The notes under the pieces were generated by a model. It had not been told where the DNA came from and searched no databases. It was given only the letters and a program-made list of their open reading frames with translations. This document shows positions 63,492-64,000 of a stretch of 64,000 nt of DNA, in pieces. The translations under genes were made by a program, and so were the position numbers. The number at the start of each line of letters is the position of its first letter. Position 1 is the first letter of the stretch. Origin of the DNA: Candidatus Limnocylindria bacterium (GTDB lineage Bacteria; Chloroflexota; Limnocylindria; QHBO01); assembly GCA_035708065.1 (NCBI GenBank), contig DASSTC010000049.1:1694-65693 (forward strand), read 5' to 3'.

Positions 63492-64000
63492 GCTTCTTCG
63501 ACTCGCTGAGCGTCGCCATCGCCCTCGGGCTGACGCTGTTCCTGGTCCTGCTGCGCTTCGACTCGGAGCGGATCATGCGCTCCGACTACTTCCGCTACCG
63601 CACGCCATGGCTCGGGCCGGTCAGCTACTACGGCCTGGTCATCGCCTTCACGATCGGCATCGCGGTGATCCTGCCGGACGGCCGTCAACAGCTGTTCCTG
63701 ACCGGCGGTGACCCCGACAGCACGCTCGGCGTGATGCTGCTGTTCGTGCTCGTGGCGCTGCTGAATGCCGCGGCGCTGGCCTACCTGCGCTTCGGCGCGA
63801 TCCTGCCGCTCCCATCGCAGCTGCTGCCCGATCGCGTGCTCGGCGCGGCCGCGAACGCCATCGCCGAGGAGCTCCAGTTCCGCTCGATCGTGCTCGGCAT
63901 GCTCCTCTTTGCCGGCGTGCCGACGGGCATCGCGCTCGTCGTCCAGGCGCTGGTCTACGGCCTGGCCCACCGCCGGCTGTGGCAGGAGCGTGACTGGTAC
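63488..64000 (+). CDS. CPBP (CAAX) family intramembrane metalloprotease, 3' truncated by the window edge
   Basis: [11 protein letters not shown] (EExxxR motif 1) and ...LAHRR (His motif); GTG overlaps the lepA stop. Confidence 0.7.

Overview
This is a 64 kb stretch of high-GC chromosome, roughly 70-75% GC from hand counts of individual 60-nt lines. It is densely packed with housekeeping genes, many of them overlapping by 4 bp (ATGA or GTGA junctions). The gene content fits a Gram-positive-lineage bacterium (Actinomycetota- or Chloroflexota-like): a coproporphyrin-dependent heme pathway, an F420-type luciferase-like oxidoreductase, a CWB2-repeat surface protein, a DUF5679 mini-protein, and a leuS-comEA-comEC-holA neighbourhood with rpsT and lepA close by. 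Recognisable genes, in order: pyrG (3' end), rho, cell-wall amidase, M23 peptidase, obg, nadD, rsfS, holA, HD hydrolase, comEC, comEA, leuS, a GNAT acetyltransferase, tRNA-Ala(GGC), an SRPBCC protein with a family-4 UDG, and an eight-gene heme operon (hemA-C-D-B-hemQ-hemL-E-H) headed by tRNA-Ala(CGC). Then come an SOS-type translesion 'mutasome' (imuA-imuB ... dnaE2), a GT2 plus GT-C glycosyltransferase pair, a VIT1 iron transporter, carA and carB split by a membrane-protein gene, an LTD-domain surface protein, a nucleoside phosphorylase, ROK glucokinase-gap-pgk-eno, rpsT, a VanW protein, lepA and a CAAX protease (3' truncated). The most interesting region is 27.5-39.6 kb. Identical 16-bp LexA (Cheo-type, GAAC-N4-GTTC) operator/promoter modules sit 14 bp upstream of both imuA and dnaE2. 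The cassette is split by a ~6 kb insertion of unrelated genes, one of which (a CWB2/BNR-like surface protein) is lower in GC than its surroundings. An 84-codon ORF is translationally coupled to imuB. A ~160-180 bp element with terminal inverted repeats sits in frame inside both imuB and dnaE2, reminiscent of Rickettsia palindromic elements; in dnaE2 it is followed immediately by a 9-bp tandem repeat. No CRISPR array, rRNA or obvious transposase gene was seen. Coordinates derived by hand from the ORF table may be off by 1-2 nt.
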